A DNA stretch of 64,000 nt from a bacterium. GTDB lineage: Bacteria > Patescibacteriota > Microgenomatia > Daviesbacterales > UBA10151. The DNA lies in the NCBI GenBank assembly GCA_021790255.1, contig JAJYIE010000001.1, forward strand, positions 4,165 to 68,164, read 5' to 3'. The notes beneath the pieces were generated by a model, which saw nothing but the letters and a program-made list of their open reading frames with translations, was not told the DNA's origin and ran no database searches. Positions 36,113 through 46,317 of the stretch are shown piece by piece. The position numbers were made by a program, and so were the translations under genes. Each line of letters begins with the position of its first letter. Within the stretch, counting starts at the first letter, position 1.

Positions 36113-36730
36113 CCTCAACAGCAAATCTGCAGGGAAGATTGCGGAAAGAAGACAATTTAAATTTTTCCCAAGCCGCCCGATAGAGTTTGTAAAAACCATC
36201 TCCTCGATAGTAAAATCCCGGCTCACCAGGCTAATGAGTTGTCCCCGGCTCAGTTCCGCCAGATGAGAAGGATCATGAATCATGATTTTTTTGTACAAAC
36301 TGTGTTTATCAGGAGTAGAGATAATCAGGATCCCTTTATCTTTTAACACCCGGCCTGCTTCCCGCAAAAGTTTGGGCTGCTCACCGGAGCTGACATGTTC
36401 AATGAGATTGATCATAAAAATAGTATCAAATGATTTATCCCTAAAAGGCAGACGGTTATTTTTAAGTAGGATAAATTTAAGATTAGGATAAAGAGCGTGG
36501 GCACCTTTAACGGCTACTTCTGAGGTATCCACCCCGAAGCCTTTTGCTCCCGTGCAAAAACAACTCCAATGCAGCAGATAGCCTAAACCACAACCGATAT
36601 CTAAGATCTTTGCCGGGCGCTTAAGGTCTAACCACTGCCCGATTTTGGCAAAAAGCGGCACATCGCCCAGGTTAATCTTTAAATAATGGTCATAGCGGCG
36701 AAAATAGATTTCATTGTAATGATCATTCAT
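36095..36730 (-). CDS. Class I SAM-dependent methyltransferase.
   Basis: 211 aa. ILDIGCGLG motif I. Confidence 0.8.
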   Translation of the reverse strand: MNDHYNEIYFRRYDHYLKINLGDVPLFAKIGQWLDLKRPAKILDIGCGLGYLLHWSCFCTGAKGFGVDTSEVAVKGAHALYPNLKFILLKNNRLPFRDKSFDTIFMINLIEHVSSGEQPKLLREAGRVLKDKGILIISTPDKHSLYKKIMIHDPSHLAELSRGQLISLVSRDFTIEEMVFTNSIGRLGKNLNCLLSAIFPADLLLRLEKRK

Positions 36731-38189
36731 AGTCCGTCACATGACCAAAGTGGGAAAAAGCCCCCCGCATTAAAAATTTAATATCATTGAAACTTCGCAC
36801 AGAAAGAGTGGTTTTGAGCAAAAATACTGGATGCAGGTGTATATTCCAGATTTTTTTGCACCAGTAGGCATTATCAATATTGCTTTTTAAAACCGGCTGG
36901 CTCATATCGTATTTTTCAAATTTATGGGAGTCAATAATAAACCAGCTGTGTCTTTCAGCCTGATTCCACAACGGCGTACCGGGATAAGGCACAATAACTG
37001 AAGCCTGCAGGCTGTCCCCAACCCGTGTTTTATAAAACAGCAGCTCTTTCATAAAACTGAGGGTTGCTGCCGCATCCTCTTCTTTTTCCCAAGGATATCC
37101 CACCATTGCTGAAAGATGAACGATCAACCCGGCATCTTTGGCGTTTTTAACCCCCCATCGGATTATTTCTGTTGTCTCACCTTTGCCGATCATCTTAAGG
37201 GTACGGTCAGTACCCGCCTCCACACCAACTTTAAGCATCCTGAAACCACATTTTTTTAAAAGTCGACATGTTTTTTTATCCAAAACATCCGCCCGGGAAT
37301 TGGCAGAGAACTTAATTTTGCCAAGCAATTTTTCTTTTTTTAAAAGCTCATAAAATTGCGAGAGCCAGGCAAAGTCATAGTGAGCGCCCCCGTCGGTATC
37401 GTCAAAAATTTCCCTGATTTTATACTTGCCTACCAAAAACCGGATTTCTGAAACTACATGCTCGGGGGAACGAAGCCTGGGTTTTAAAGCCCAAAGACAG
37501 TGCTGCCAAATGCAAAAAGTGCAGGCGCCGGGCCTTCCGTCTACACCACCGCATCCCCGCCCAAACATCATGTAGGCGCAGGGGCTTAAAACGTCAGCCT
37601 CTTTGTATTTCCAAAAACGAGTCAGATCCCGGTCAATTAGCGGTGATTGGTCCAGATTGTGATTTGGTATAAACTCTCCGGTGCTTCTGATCATCTTACC
37701 GGCCCTAAAATAGACCCCGTTCTCCAATTTTTCATCTTTTTCTAGATGCTCTGCCAAATTTACAGCCAGAAAATCCCAGTCTCCCCCTGTCAAAACATAA
37801 TCCGCCCTGCTTTCTTTAAGGCATTCCTTTGGAAAATATGTGACGTGGTCACCCACCAGCGCCACCTTCACATCCTTCCAGCGTTTTTTCAGCGAATCCA
37901 CAAACCCCCATGTTTTTCCAGCCACCGGAGCTTTTGTTTCCGTGATCACCAAATCCGGTTCGAATGCTTTCAGCCGGCGGAGGGTTTCTGCCATGCTCAG
38001 GTTCTCGGTAATTCCGTCCAGCCAGAAAACGGTATGGCCTGCCTGCCGCAACATAGTTGCCGCCGTGGCAGCTAGAACAGGATAAAGCCGGACCTCTTTG
38101 GAGGAAGAATAAACAAACTGGCGGTTTTGAGGCAGGAAAGCAACTTTTTGGCCCTTTTTAAAAGGAGGATAAACAAAGGCAACTCTCAT
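36723..38189 (-). CDS. B12-binding radical SAM protein with a non-canonical CX9CX2C cluster motif.
   Basis: 488 aa. N-terminal B12-binding-like domain. RGCGGVDGRPGACTFC in place of CX3CX2C. Confidence 0.7.
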   Translation of the reverse strand: MRVAFVYPPFKKGQKVAFLPQNRQFVYSSSKEVRLYPVLAATAATMLRQAGHTVFWLDGITENLSMAETLRRLKAFEPDLVITETKAPVAGKTWGFVDSLKKRWKDVKVALVGDHVTYFPKECLKESRADYVLTGGDWDFLAVNLAEHLEKDEKLENGVYFRAGKMIRSTGEFIPNHNLDQSPLIDRDLTRFWKYKEADVLSPCAYMMFGRGCGGVDGRPGACTFCIWQHCLWALKPRLRSPEHVVSEIRFLVGKYKIREIFDDTDGGAHYDFAWLSQFYELLKKEKLLGKIKFSANSRADVLDKKTCRLLKKCGFRMLKVGVEAGTDRTLKMIGKGETTEIIRWGVKNAKDAGLIVHLSAMVGYPWEKEEDAAATLSFMKELLFYKTRVGDSLQASVIVPYPGTPLWNQAERHSWFIIDSHKFEKYDMSQPVLKSNIDNAYWCKKIWNIHLHPVFLLKTTLSVRSFNDIKFLMRGAFSHFGHVTDYE

Positions 38190-38191
38190 CT

Positions 38192-41128
38192 TTACACTTC
38201 ATCTTGCTCATCCCAGAAAGACTTGATCTTTTGGACAATTTTTGGTGAAGGTAAAGCAATTTTAGCAGATGGAGTGGCTAATTTTCTACCACCAAGTGCC
38301 AGCAGCCAGGCAATAATTAGCCCGATCATAGTAAGAGCCGAGATCAGGAAAGCGATTTTTACTGTCAAAGACCGGTCATAATTTAAGACCAGCTTATCTC
38401 CTGCATGCACCTGCGGCAAAATATACCCCTGCAACCCCGGCCCCATCCTTGCCTGGGTGACAGAAGTATCACCACCACCCGCGCTGGTATATTGATAATG
38501 CCAGTCAGGCGAGAAACCTTCTTTCCAGACAAGGGTTGTTCCAGCAGGCAAATCTTTTGTAAAATCGAATTCCACACGGTCCGGATAATTTCTTATTAAG
38601 GTTAGTCCATCCAGCTCTTCCCCACCTTGGGGCAACAGCCATGCCATTATGTCCCGGAAAAAACGCGATTCTTCTTTATTGTTATTACGGCGGGCGTGGT
38701 TTATTAAGTTAAAACCGCTCCAGACAATCCGTCCCTGCCCCAAATTTCCGGCTGCCACCAAAATATGCTGTCCGTCAGTTAGAACTGGTTTCGCCCAGGA
38801 CCTCAGGCTATCAGACGAGACCACATCCAACCCCCAATCTTTGCCCTCCCAATCAAGATTATCAAAAGCCGTGGCGCTGGCGGTTGAAATATTTTCTACC
38901 TGCCAGTTTGCCAAAGATTTACCGACACTGCCCCATTTAACTCCGGTGACGGGAAAAACATCGCCCAGCTTGGGGTTATCCCAGTCAGCGGCTGTATATT
39001 GCCATCCCGTATCCACAAATACCCGGCCGCCGGAATTTACATAATCCAAAAGCAGTTGCTGGGCTCTTTGGGCATTATGGTACTCATAGGCGTTCAGAAT
39101 CAATACCGGATATTTTTGTAACTCTGCCAGGGTATAGTCATCAACCGCTGACTTACCCTCCACCGGTATCAGCTGGTCATAGGTAAAGCCTCCCAAAAGC
39201 CCCATTCGGAAAAATCCTTCATAAGCGTGAATTTTGGAGTAATCACCGATCACCAGCACCCGGGGTTTGGTAGTCAGCCTCCAAAGCCGGGTTGGCTGTT
39301 TTAAGGCAAAAACTTTTCCCATAAGCATCTGTGTTCCCAGCTTGTTAATATAAAAATCCGGTGCCGGATGCCAATACAGGCTACCAAACTTCTCGAGTGG
39401 ATCCTGGGCACCGGCTACAGCAATGTTTACTCCAAACCATTTCGCAAGCTCAGCTACCATGAAAGGGTCTCCAAACTCCCGGTTATAAAACGCCCCCTGC
39501 TGAATCCCGGCGTATTCGCGGAAAAATGACTCGCCGGCACTATAGATGGACAGTTGCGGAACATCACTAAAGGCATTCAGGAGCTCCACAATCCCCCCCA
39601 ATCTCGGTGAAAGATCCACTCTCCCACCCTTCAAATCCAGGTTATCAAAATAAGATTTTATTGAATCCCGCTCCTCATGATCAATATCTTCCGGAGAAAC
39701 CTGCCAAGTGGGCTGGTGATAAGTACATTTATCCGGCCCATTACTACAATCCACTACCCAAGGCGGAAGCATGGCACCGGGGCCATAGGGACCATAACCT
39801 AAATAATAAACGCCAGTGGTGGATTTGTGCTGGAAAGGAATCATTGCCTGCCACAAAAAAAACATGGCTGCAAAAGATGCTAGCGTCACAACCCAAAAAC
39901 GCGCTGCCCGCCAGATAATATTGCGCCAGCCGGAAACTTTTTGCCAAAGAGCGAAAATGGTGTCAAAAAGCCCCACCAGTGCCCAGCCGGCCATCAGCGG
40001 AATTAAGAAGAGCAAGGCTACTATAAAACGGACAGCAAAGGCGACGGCAACCGGCATGATATTATACAGCCAGCCAAAAGTGCGGGGAGAACCAACATAT
40101 AAAATCAACACGCCGATAGTAGCCATCAAAGCCAGCGCCTGCCCGTTTCTTCTGATCAGAGCTGCCAGCAGCGCCACTCCCAGCAGCAGACTGTAAATAT
40201 ATGGGAAAAAGCCTATTTCAAAGAGGGCATTGGGATCATTCGGGTCAGAGCTGAAAACAAATAAATATTTTGCCCGCACCGCTCCTACATCCTGCAGAGA
40301 CGGATAAACACTTGCCCCACGGCTAACCGCATGCAGCGGAACTGAATAGAGCTCATAAAATCCTAAGGTGACCGCTCCAAGCAGGCAGGTCAGCAGTCCC
40401 AACATAATCAGACCCCTCTTCTTTTGATGACGAAAATCCGGGCGCAGCACCAACTGAAAGCCCTCAAACAGCACAAAGGTCAGCCCTAGTGAAGCAGCTA
40501 CAGCTTGGTGAAAAGCAAAACTTAAAGAAAAAAGCGCCGCTGCTAAAATAAATGGGGCAAGCCACTTTTTAGCTGGCTTCCCCGACATAAGATAGTCAAA
40601 AGCTATAATCAAAAGAAGCAGGGTGATGGGGAAAAAAGGCAAAGCGATCGCCTGGGAAGCTAAACCTCCAAAGGTCGTATATGTCCAGGAGGCCGGAGCC
40701 AAAATATACATGACAGCCGCAAGGATAGCCGCCGGCACCCCCCACAACCTTAAAGCCAGAAGATACAAAAAAATTGCTGAGAGAGGGACTGAGGCGAACA
40801 ACCCTAGCTTTAGAGTCTGAACCGTATTGAGGTTAAAGTAGGAGGCAAAATCATGCTGGAAAAAAGCCAGCAGTAACCGGTCACCAAAGGGGTGCAGTTC
40901 AATCGGGGCTGAGCCTGCACCCTGCAGGGGAAACCAAAAGGGAATTTGTGGCCACCACTTGGTAAACCAGAGCAGATAGGTATAGGCCAGAGGGGTGTCG
41001 TTGCCGGATAGCCCATTCTGAAGGTACATAAAACCAAGAATATATGCAAAATAGAAAATGCCTGCAGCCACCACCACAAATAAACCAAAATGCACAAAAA
41101 CCTTAACTACCCTAAGCAGCAGCCTCAT
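38192..41128 (-). CDS. Large polytopic membrane protein with a big extracytoplasmic domain; putative GT-C-fold glycosyltransferase.
   Basis: About 978 aa from the ATG at 41128 (the track starts at a TTG at 41173). It has ≥10 TM helices in the N-terminal half, a soluble domain, and a final C-terminal TM helix. Confidence 0.6.
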   Translation of the reverse strand: MRLLLRVVKVFVHFGLFVVVAAGIFYFAYILGFMYLQNGLSGNDTPLAYTYLLWFTKWWPQIPFWFPLQGAGSAPIELHPFGDRLLLAFFQHDFASYFNLNTVQTLKLGLFASVPLSAIFLYLLALRLWGVPAAILAAVMYILAPASWTYTTFGGLASQAIALPFFPITLLLLIIAFDYLMSGKPAKKWLAPFILAAALFSLSFAFHQAVAASLGLTFVLFEGFQLVLRPDFRHQKKRGLIMLGLLTCLLGAVTLGFYELYSVPLHAVSRGASVYPSLQDVGAVRAKYLFVFSSDPNDPNALFEIGFFPYIYSLLLGVALLAALIRRNGQALALMATIGVLILYVGSPRTFGWLYNIMPVAVAFAVRFIVALLFLIPLMAGWALVGLFDTIFALWQKVSGWRNIIWRAARFWVVTLASFAAMFFLWQAMIPFQHKSTTGVYYLGYGPYGPGAMLPPWVVDCSNGPDKCTYHQPTWQVSPEDIDHEERDSIKSYFDNLDLKGGRVDLSPRLGGIVELLNAFSDVPQLSIYSAGESFFREYAGIQQGAFYNREFGDPFMVAELAKWFGVNIAVAGAQDPLEKFGSLYWHPAPDFYINKLGTQMLMGKVFALKQPTRLWRLTTKPRVLVIGDYSKIHAYEGFFRMGLLGGFTYDQLIPVEGKSAVDDYTLAELQKYPVLILNAYEYHNAQRAQQLLLDYVNSGGRVFVDTGWQYTAADWDNPKLGDVFPVTGVKWGSVGKSLANWQVENISTASATAFDNLDWEGKDWGLDVVSSDSLRSWAKPVLTDGQHILVAAGNLGQGRIVWSGFNLINHARRNNNKEESRFFRDIMAWLLPQGGEELDGLTLIRNYPDRVEFDFTKDLPAGTTLVWKEGFSPDWHYQYTSAGGGDTSVTQARMGPGLQGYILPQVHAGDKLVLNYDRSLTVKIAFLISALTMIGLIIAWLLALGGRKLATPSAKIALPSPKIVQKIKSFWDEQDEV

Positions 41129-41145
41129 GCTATTGTAATTGTAAC

Positions 41146-42600
41146 ATGGGTAGCTACAATACAGACATGACAAAAAGGGTCATTCTTGTCCATCCGCCGA
41201 TGTATTTGAGCGTCCTTTATGGTGACCTGGCAGCTGCCGGATCGGAACTTCCGCCGCAGGGGTTGTGCATCATCGCGGCAGTGCTTCGGCAAAAAGGTTT
41301 CGAACCGGTCATTATCGATGCTACTGCTGAAAAGTTGGGCTACAAAGAAACTCTCACCCGCATTAAAAGCTTTCTTCCGGCACTTTTTGTCGGTATGGGG
41401 GTTTATTATGTTGCGGAAGGAACTGTCGGTAGGCTGGCCAAGGCGCTGAAAAAAATAAACCCGGATTTGCCGATTGTTGTGGGCGGAGGACACATCTCTA
41501 TCCTTGGTGAGAAAGTGATGGAAAGGCACCCGCAGTTTGACATTGCCGTTTTTGGTGAGGGCGAAGAAACCATAGTTGATGTTGCCAAAGCTCTTAGCCA
41601 AAGCCGTCCCCTGGGCAATCTGAAGGGAGTTGTTTGCCGTCAAGGCGGTAAAATTATTAAAAACTCTCCTCGGCCTTTTTTAAAAAACCTTGACAAAATC
41701 CCCTTTCCGGCGTGGGATCTGCTTCCCGATATCACCAGATACTACACCCCTGCAGGTGACAGTTTAAAAAGGTGGCCTTCTACCGGATTGGTTACTTCCA
41801 GAGGCTGCCCCGGCACCTGCTTTTTCTGCAACCGAAACTCTTTCGGCACCCATGTCCGCCAAAACAGCCCGGATTATGTCATCGCCGAAATTAAAGATCT
41901 CCAGAAAAAATATAACATTAAAGACATCTACTTTCAGGATGACACTTTTGTTGCAAACCGCAAGTGGGTTGTAAAGTTTTGCCGCCTGCTTATCAGGGAA
42001 AAGCTGGACTTAACCTGGGCCTGCCATGGCCGGGTAGACTTTGTTGATCTGCCTCTTTTAAAATTGATGAAAAAAGCCGGATGCTGGCAGATGGCCTTCG
42101 GTCTGGAGTCAGGCAGCCAGCAGGTTCTTGATGCCATTAATAAGCGCACTACCGTCAAGCAAAATTATCAGGCTCTGCAGTATTGCCGGAGGGCAGGTTT
42201 GTCTACCAAGGGACTGTTTATGATCGGAGCATTTGGCGAAAACCTTGAAACGATAAATGTAACGAAACAGTTCCTGAAAAAAGCTTACCTTACCGATATT
42301 CACATCACCTTCTTCACGGTCATTCCCGGCACTGTCGCGTCAATAGTCTGGCCCCGCTTCGGCAAAAACCCTGCCGGCCGGGTTCCGGCGGTTACGGCCA
42401 AACCATCCTTTATCGCCAACGGCCTTTCTACCCGGCTGCTTATAAAAAAGCACCGTGAGCTTTATAGAACATTTTACTTTCAGCCGAAGATCATCTGGTA
42501 TTTTCTCACTAAATTACGTTACCCGCATCAGGCCAAAAAAATTATCACCAGCGCTATGGCCCTGGCCAGATATACTCTTAAACCCAAACCTGCCACCTAG
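41146..42600 (+). CDS. B12-binding (class B) radical SAM protein.
   Basis: 484 aa. B12-binding domain, SRGCPGTCFFC motif. Its TAG stop overlaps the convergent gene's stop (CTAG). Confidence 0.85.
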   Translation: MGSYNTDMTKRVILVHPPMYLSVLYGDLAAAGSELPPQGLCIIAAVLRQKGFEPVIIDATAEKLGYKETLTRIKSFLPALFVGMGVYYVAEGTVGRLAKALKKINPDLPIVVGGGHISILGEKVMERHPQFDIAVFGEGEETIVDVAKALSQSRPLGNLKGVVCRQGGKIIKNSPRPFLKNLDKIPFPAWDLLPDITRYYTPAGDSLKRWPSTGLVTSRGCPGTCFFCNRNSFGTHVRQNSPDYVIAEIKDLQKKYNIKDIYFQDDTFVANRKWVVKFCRLLIREKLDLTWACHGRVDFVDLPLLKLMKKAGCWQMAFGLESGSQQVLDAINKRTTVKQNYQALQYCRRAGLSTKGLFMIGAFGENLETINVTKQFLKKAYLTDIHITFFTVIPGTVASIVWPRFGKNPAGRVPAVTAKPSFIANGLSTRLLIKKHRELYRTFYFQPKIIWYFLTKLRYPHQAKKIITSAMALARYTLKPKPAT

Positions 42601-44255
42601 ATCCTGGGGGAGTTGTAACTGCTCATATTAACTGCATAAACATCCAAAATCTCTCCATTCTCTTTCAGGGTAAAATACTGCGGCTCTTTTGCCACCAGTT
42701 TACGGTAGCGATCCGATTGTGCGGGGAAAGCCATCAGCCGGATATCTTCATTTTTTAACCAACTCAAAACTTTGACCCGGTTAAGGTTCCAGTGGACATA
42801 CGGGTCACCTTCCATATAAAAATACGGGTCAAACATTTCCCCGACAATATTTTCCCCATTGATCCCGTTAAAACGAACCAGGGCGTAGGTAAACGGCGCT
42901 CGGTCCTCAGGAATCAGGATCCTGCCCCCATCATAGAACTTAGCTACGTCCGCCGCTAGGGCCTGCTGCGGCGGCCAGCCCTGCTGGGCGGCAGTGAAGT
43001 AGCCCATTATCACAGGCCAAAATATTACCTGAGCAAACGCCAGTAGTATCAAGACCATGAGAGCACCCAGCTTCAGCTTGCCCCACAATCTTACCTTTTG
43101 ACCGAGGTAGTAGACAAAAAAGACCGAAAGCAAAAAACCCAGGTAGATATAAGACAGGTCAAGCAGGCGGTCAACGTAGTAGCGGTTCAGCCAGCCATAG
43201 ATATATGCGGAAAAGCCGAAGAAAATGCCGTTGAAGATAAGCACCCCACTGCCCAGCAAATACAAAAGGTAGCCCCTGGGCTTTTTGAAAAAAGTCAGAA
43301 GTGCTCCCACCACTCCCATTAAAAACAGTCCCCGGAAAACCCATTGGGCCAAAATTGCATCAGCAGTAAGTGGTTTTTCCACCTCCCATCTCCCGGCAGC
43401 ATTACCCAAATAATTCCACCAGACCGGGTAAATCGGATTCCCGGTCTTATCCAGCAGATATTTCATATAAAGAAGGCTGATAAAACCCCAGGTAACCAGC
43501 GCTAGGATTATCCTCTCGCCTTTCCTGTCTATCAGGCCCGCGGCAATCAGCAAACCCAAGCCATAGATCCAAAATTCCGACCGCCCCATTCCCGCAACGC
43601 CCCAAAGAAGTCCTGAAAGCGCCGGTTTTGCAGGCCAGAAGTAGATACCTCCCAAAAGTATAAACAAGGCCAGCTGGTCCTGCATCCCCAATCCGTCTGA
43701 ATAAACCATTACCGGGAAAAAGGCTGCCCAGGCTGCTGCCAAAATAGCCGTACCCGTGCCGAAATAGCGGCGGATAATTAAAAACAGCAGCCACACGATT
43801 CCGGCACCGCTTGCTGCTGAGAGCAAACGCGGCACCAACAAATCAATAGAACCGGTGATGGTAAACAGGGCGCTTAAAATCAGCGGGTGCAGCAGTCCCC
43901 AAAAATACTCCATCCCCTTAAGGTCCCACAGCCGCAGGAAGCCGTTATGAAAGCCGACAGTCCAGGAAAGATAAGCAATCTGCCAGTGGTGGTAAACATC
44001 ACCATACCAGTCAGGACCTGCATTCTCTACGCCGGAGACAAAAAATAAAAAATACAGGCGGGGCAAAAGCGCCGCGATAAAAACCAAAGAAGGCAATACA
44101 GCCTGCTGCCAGACACCAGATACCTTACCCTCAACATCAGTATCGTCTTGTTTAGTCAGTTCAGCAGCCTTTTCCCGGGTGGCGTTGCGCAGGTTTTGCA
44201 GCCACTGCTCATGAGCGCTGGTTTCGTTTTTTGGATCAGGTTGCTCTTTTACCAT
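42597..44255 (-). CDS. Polytopic membrane glycosyltransferase-like protein (GT-C fold, GT39/ArnT-like).
   Basis: 552 aa, multi-TM, with an extracytoplasmic C-terminal domain. The family assignment rests on topology and gene context only. Confidence 0.5.
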   Translation of the reverse strand: MVKEQPDPKNETSAHEQWLQNLRNATREKAAELTKQDDTDVEGKVSGVWQQAVLPSLVFIAALLPRLYFLFFVSGVENAGPDWYGDVYHHWQIAYLSWTVGFHNGFLRLWDLKGMEYFWGLLHPLILSALFTITGSIDLLVPRLLSAASGAGIVWLLFLIIRRYFGTGTAILAAAWAAFFPVMVYSDGLGMQDQLALFILLGGIYFWPAKPALSGLLWGVAGMGRSEFWIYGLGLLIAAGLIDRKGERIILALVTWGFISLLYMKYLLDKTGNPIYPVWWNYLGNAAGRWEVEKPLTADAILAQWVFRGLFLMGVVGALLTFFKKPRGYLLYLLGSGVLIFNGIFFGFSAYIYGWLNRYYVDRLLDLSYIYLGFLLSVFFVYYLGQKVRLWGKLKLGALMVLILLAFAQVIFWPVIMGYFTAAQQGWPPQQALAADVAKFYDGGRILIPEDRAPFTYALVRFNGINGENIVGEMFDPYFYMEGDPYVHWNLNRVKVLSWLKNEDIRLMAFPAQSDRYRKLVAKEPQYFTLKENGEILDVYAVNMSSYNSPRI

Positions 44256-44258
44256 AGG

Positions 44259-44840
44259 TTACTTTTCTACCATTAAAAATGCTCCCATGGATAAAACAAT
44301 TATTGCCACAGTTTCTACGGCGCTTGCTGTAAACAGGCCGCCTGAGAAATTTAGGAAGATCCGCTTGAGAGCATATTCACCAAGGTAAACCACAGCCAGT
44401 ATCAGCAAGTAAAATATTGCCGCTCCCCATACTTTTCCCTGCACAGCCGTCCGGCTTTCATCTGTTGAGATATAGTTTAAAACACCTTCCCGGGCCAAAT
44501 ACTGCTCAGCCTCCTCACGGGTCTGCTCATTGTGAGCCTTTAATATGTAGGCACAGGCCACACATTGCTCGGATGGGGTGAGTGTGTGTTCAAACCGACG
44601 GACATTTTCCAGGTTGCCCTCCTTTAAGGCCTCATAAAAGTCCGGCAGATGGTTGGAGCAAACTTTTACCGGGATACTCTCTCGCTGCGGCAGACTGATC
44701 ATATTCTTATGCTTTTTAACATACCACGATTGCCGCACAAAGAAAATACCGGCCGGTATATATATAGGATAAACCACGGAGCCCTGACGCAAACTACGCG
44801 ATTTGGTGTCCAGCGAAAGCGGGCTATTCGACAATGTCAT
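44259..44840 (-). CDS. Hypothetical membrane protein.
   Basis: 193 aa with two C-terminal TM helices. Confidence 0.45.
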   Translation of the reverse strand: MTLSNSPLSLDTKSRSLRQGSVVYPIYIPAGIFFVRQSWYVKKHKNMISLPQRESIPVKVCSNHLPDFYEALKEGNLENVRRFEHTLTPSEQCVACAYILKAHNEQTREEAEQYLAREGVLNYISTDESRTAVQGKVWGAAIFYLLILAVVYLGEYALKRIFLNFSGGLFTASAVETVAIIVLSMGAFLMVEK

Positions 44841-45072
44841 TGCAGGGATGATCCGGCTACACTGGAGATAACTCTAAATCTGGCCAGAAGACGAGATGGC
44901 AGGCGGCTTACCGTCATAAATATTACCACAATCAAAGTTTACCCGGGTATTCCGACCTGCTGGCAGTCTTTCACTCCTGTTTCCACCTGGTCCCCACGCG
45001 AACTTGTGCGCAGTCTGACAAAATCTCACCTAGCCATGCCCGGCCACGCTACGCTTTGCATACGCCAAGCCT

Positions 45073-46317
45073 TCAGGTATACTCACGGATATATTTTTCC
45101 AAAATATCGGCGTGCCGTTCCCAGGAAAAACTCCTTTTTACTCTTCTCCAAGCTGATAACCCCATTTGGCTTCGCTGGGTTTGGCTTTGCAATGCTTCCA
45201 CAATCTTATCAGCAAAATCTTCCACCACATACGGTTTGGCCAAAAACCCGGTCACTCCGTTTTTGACCGTTACTGTCGGCCCGGCAAAATTCCAGGCTAC
45301 AACAGGCACTCCCCACCCCATTGCCTCAATCACCCCCATCCCAAAATCCTCCTCCGGCGCAGTATAAATATAAACCGCAGCGTTGCGGTATAACTTCTGC
45401 AGAGTTTCCTCATCTACCTGTCCGGTAAAGATCACTCTTTTATCTACTCCCAGCTTCCTGGCCAGGCTGATCAGGTTCAGGGTATAAACAGTATGCGGAC
45501 CCGGAATAACCAGGCGCAAATTGGGGTGCTTTTTTAATACCAGCTTCAGGGATGCAATACCGTATTCAAATTTTTTCTGCGGAACATGGCGGTTAGTAAG
45601 CAGGAAAAAGGGGCGGTTTATCCTAAAGACCCGTCCGGCCAGATTTTCAGCTTTAAACCAACCTGTGTAAGCAGTATGGGGGTTAACCCGCAAAAGTTGC
45701 CGGGGCCAGACATTGGCTCCGGCCGGGCAGGTGACGGTTTTCCGGCCATAAACTGACTCGATTACCTGGCCAATATACTCCCCGTTGACAAGCATCACCC
45801 GGCCGGAAGTAAAAGAAACTCTGTCTGCCCAGGTTACAAATCGCTTAATTTTTCTGATCAGCCGGTCGATATAGTAGTATTCCTTAAGGTTTTGCCAGCG
45901 AACCGCTTCATCAATAGCCCGGGGATAAAGCAGGCGGTTAGGCTGGTTTAGGTAAACCAGGTAAGGTTTGCCCAGTACTCGGGAGACACAGTAGGCAATC
46001 CAAGCCCCAGGCTGGTTGGCACCGATAATTACATCGTATCGGCGGAACCGCCAGGCCAAAAACGGCGCCAGCAGTGATGAAAGTACCATGGATGCAGCGT
46101 ATCGTGCCGGTATGAATGGTGGAAATTGAGGTAAAAATGTTTGCACATTTAAACGTTTAATCTCTTCCGGAAAGCATAACTTATTATTCAAGGTTGGCGA
46201 ATAGACATCGACCAAATAACCTCTCGCCCGCAAGTTTTTTGCCTCTTCCAAGACCAACCTCTCTCCTCCTCCTGAATAAACAAAACCGCAATGGAAAATG
46301 GCAATCTTTTTTTTCAT
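45073..46317 (-). CDS. GT1/GT4-family glycosyltransferase.
   Basis: EX7E motif EEDFGMGVIEAMGWGVPVV. N-terminus MKKKIAIFHCGFVYSGGGE. The ATG at 46317 overlaps the upstream stop (ATGA). Confidence 0.85.
   Translation of the reverse strand: MKKKIAIFHCGFVYSGGGERLVLEEAKNLRARGYLVDVYSPTLNNKLCFPEEIKRLNVQTFLPQFPPFIPARYAASMVLSSLLAPFLAWRFRRYDVIIGANQPGAWIAYCVSRVLGKPYLVYLNQPNRLLYPRAIDEAVRWQNLKEYYYIDRLIRKIKRFVTWADRVSFTSGRVMLVNGEYIGQVIESVYGRKTVTCPAGANVWPRQLLRVNPHTAYTGWFKAENLAGRVFRINRPFFLLTNRHVPQKKFEYGIASLKLVLKKHPNLRLVIPGPHTVYTLNLISLARKLGVDKRVIFTGQVDEETLQKLYRNAAVYIYTAPEEDFGMGVIEAMGWGVPVVAWNFAGPTVTVKNGVTGFLAKPYVVEDFADKIVEALQSQTQRSQMGLSAWRRVKRSFSWERHADILEKYIREYT

Noticed and set aside
41125-41643. 172-aa minus-strand ORF overlapping the start of the 41146 B12-rSAM gene.
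   Set aside because: It is antisense to a gene with clear B12-rSAM motifs and has no domain signature. The real minus-strand gene probably starts at the ATG at 41128.
44841-45072. Searched this 230-bp gap for a tRNA, based on a GTTCGCGTGG-like stretch on the minus strand.
   Set aside because: No acceptor or T-stem pairing could be built, and the T-loop consensus (GTTCRANYC) is not met.
44649-45367. Plus-strand ORFs of 103-205 aa spanning the 44841..45072 intergenic region and the antisense strand of neighbouring genes.
   Set aside because: Arg/His-rich, low-complexity translations that overlap supported minus-strand genes. The region more likely holds the promoter of the 44259..44840 gene.
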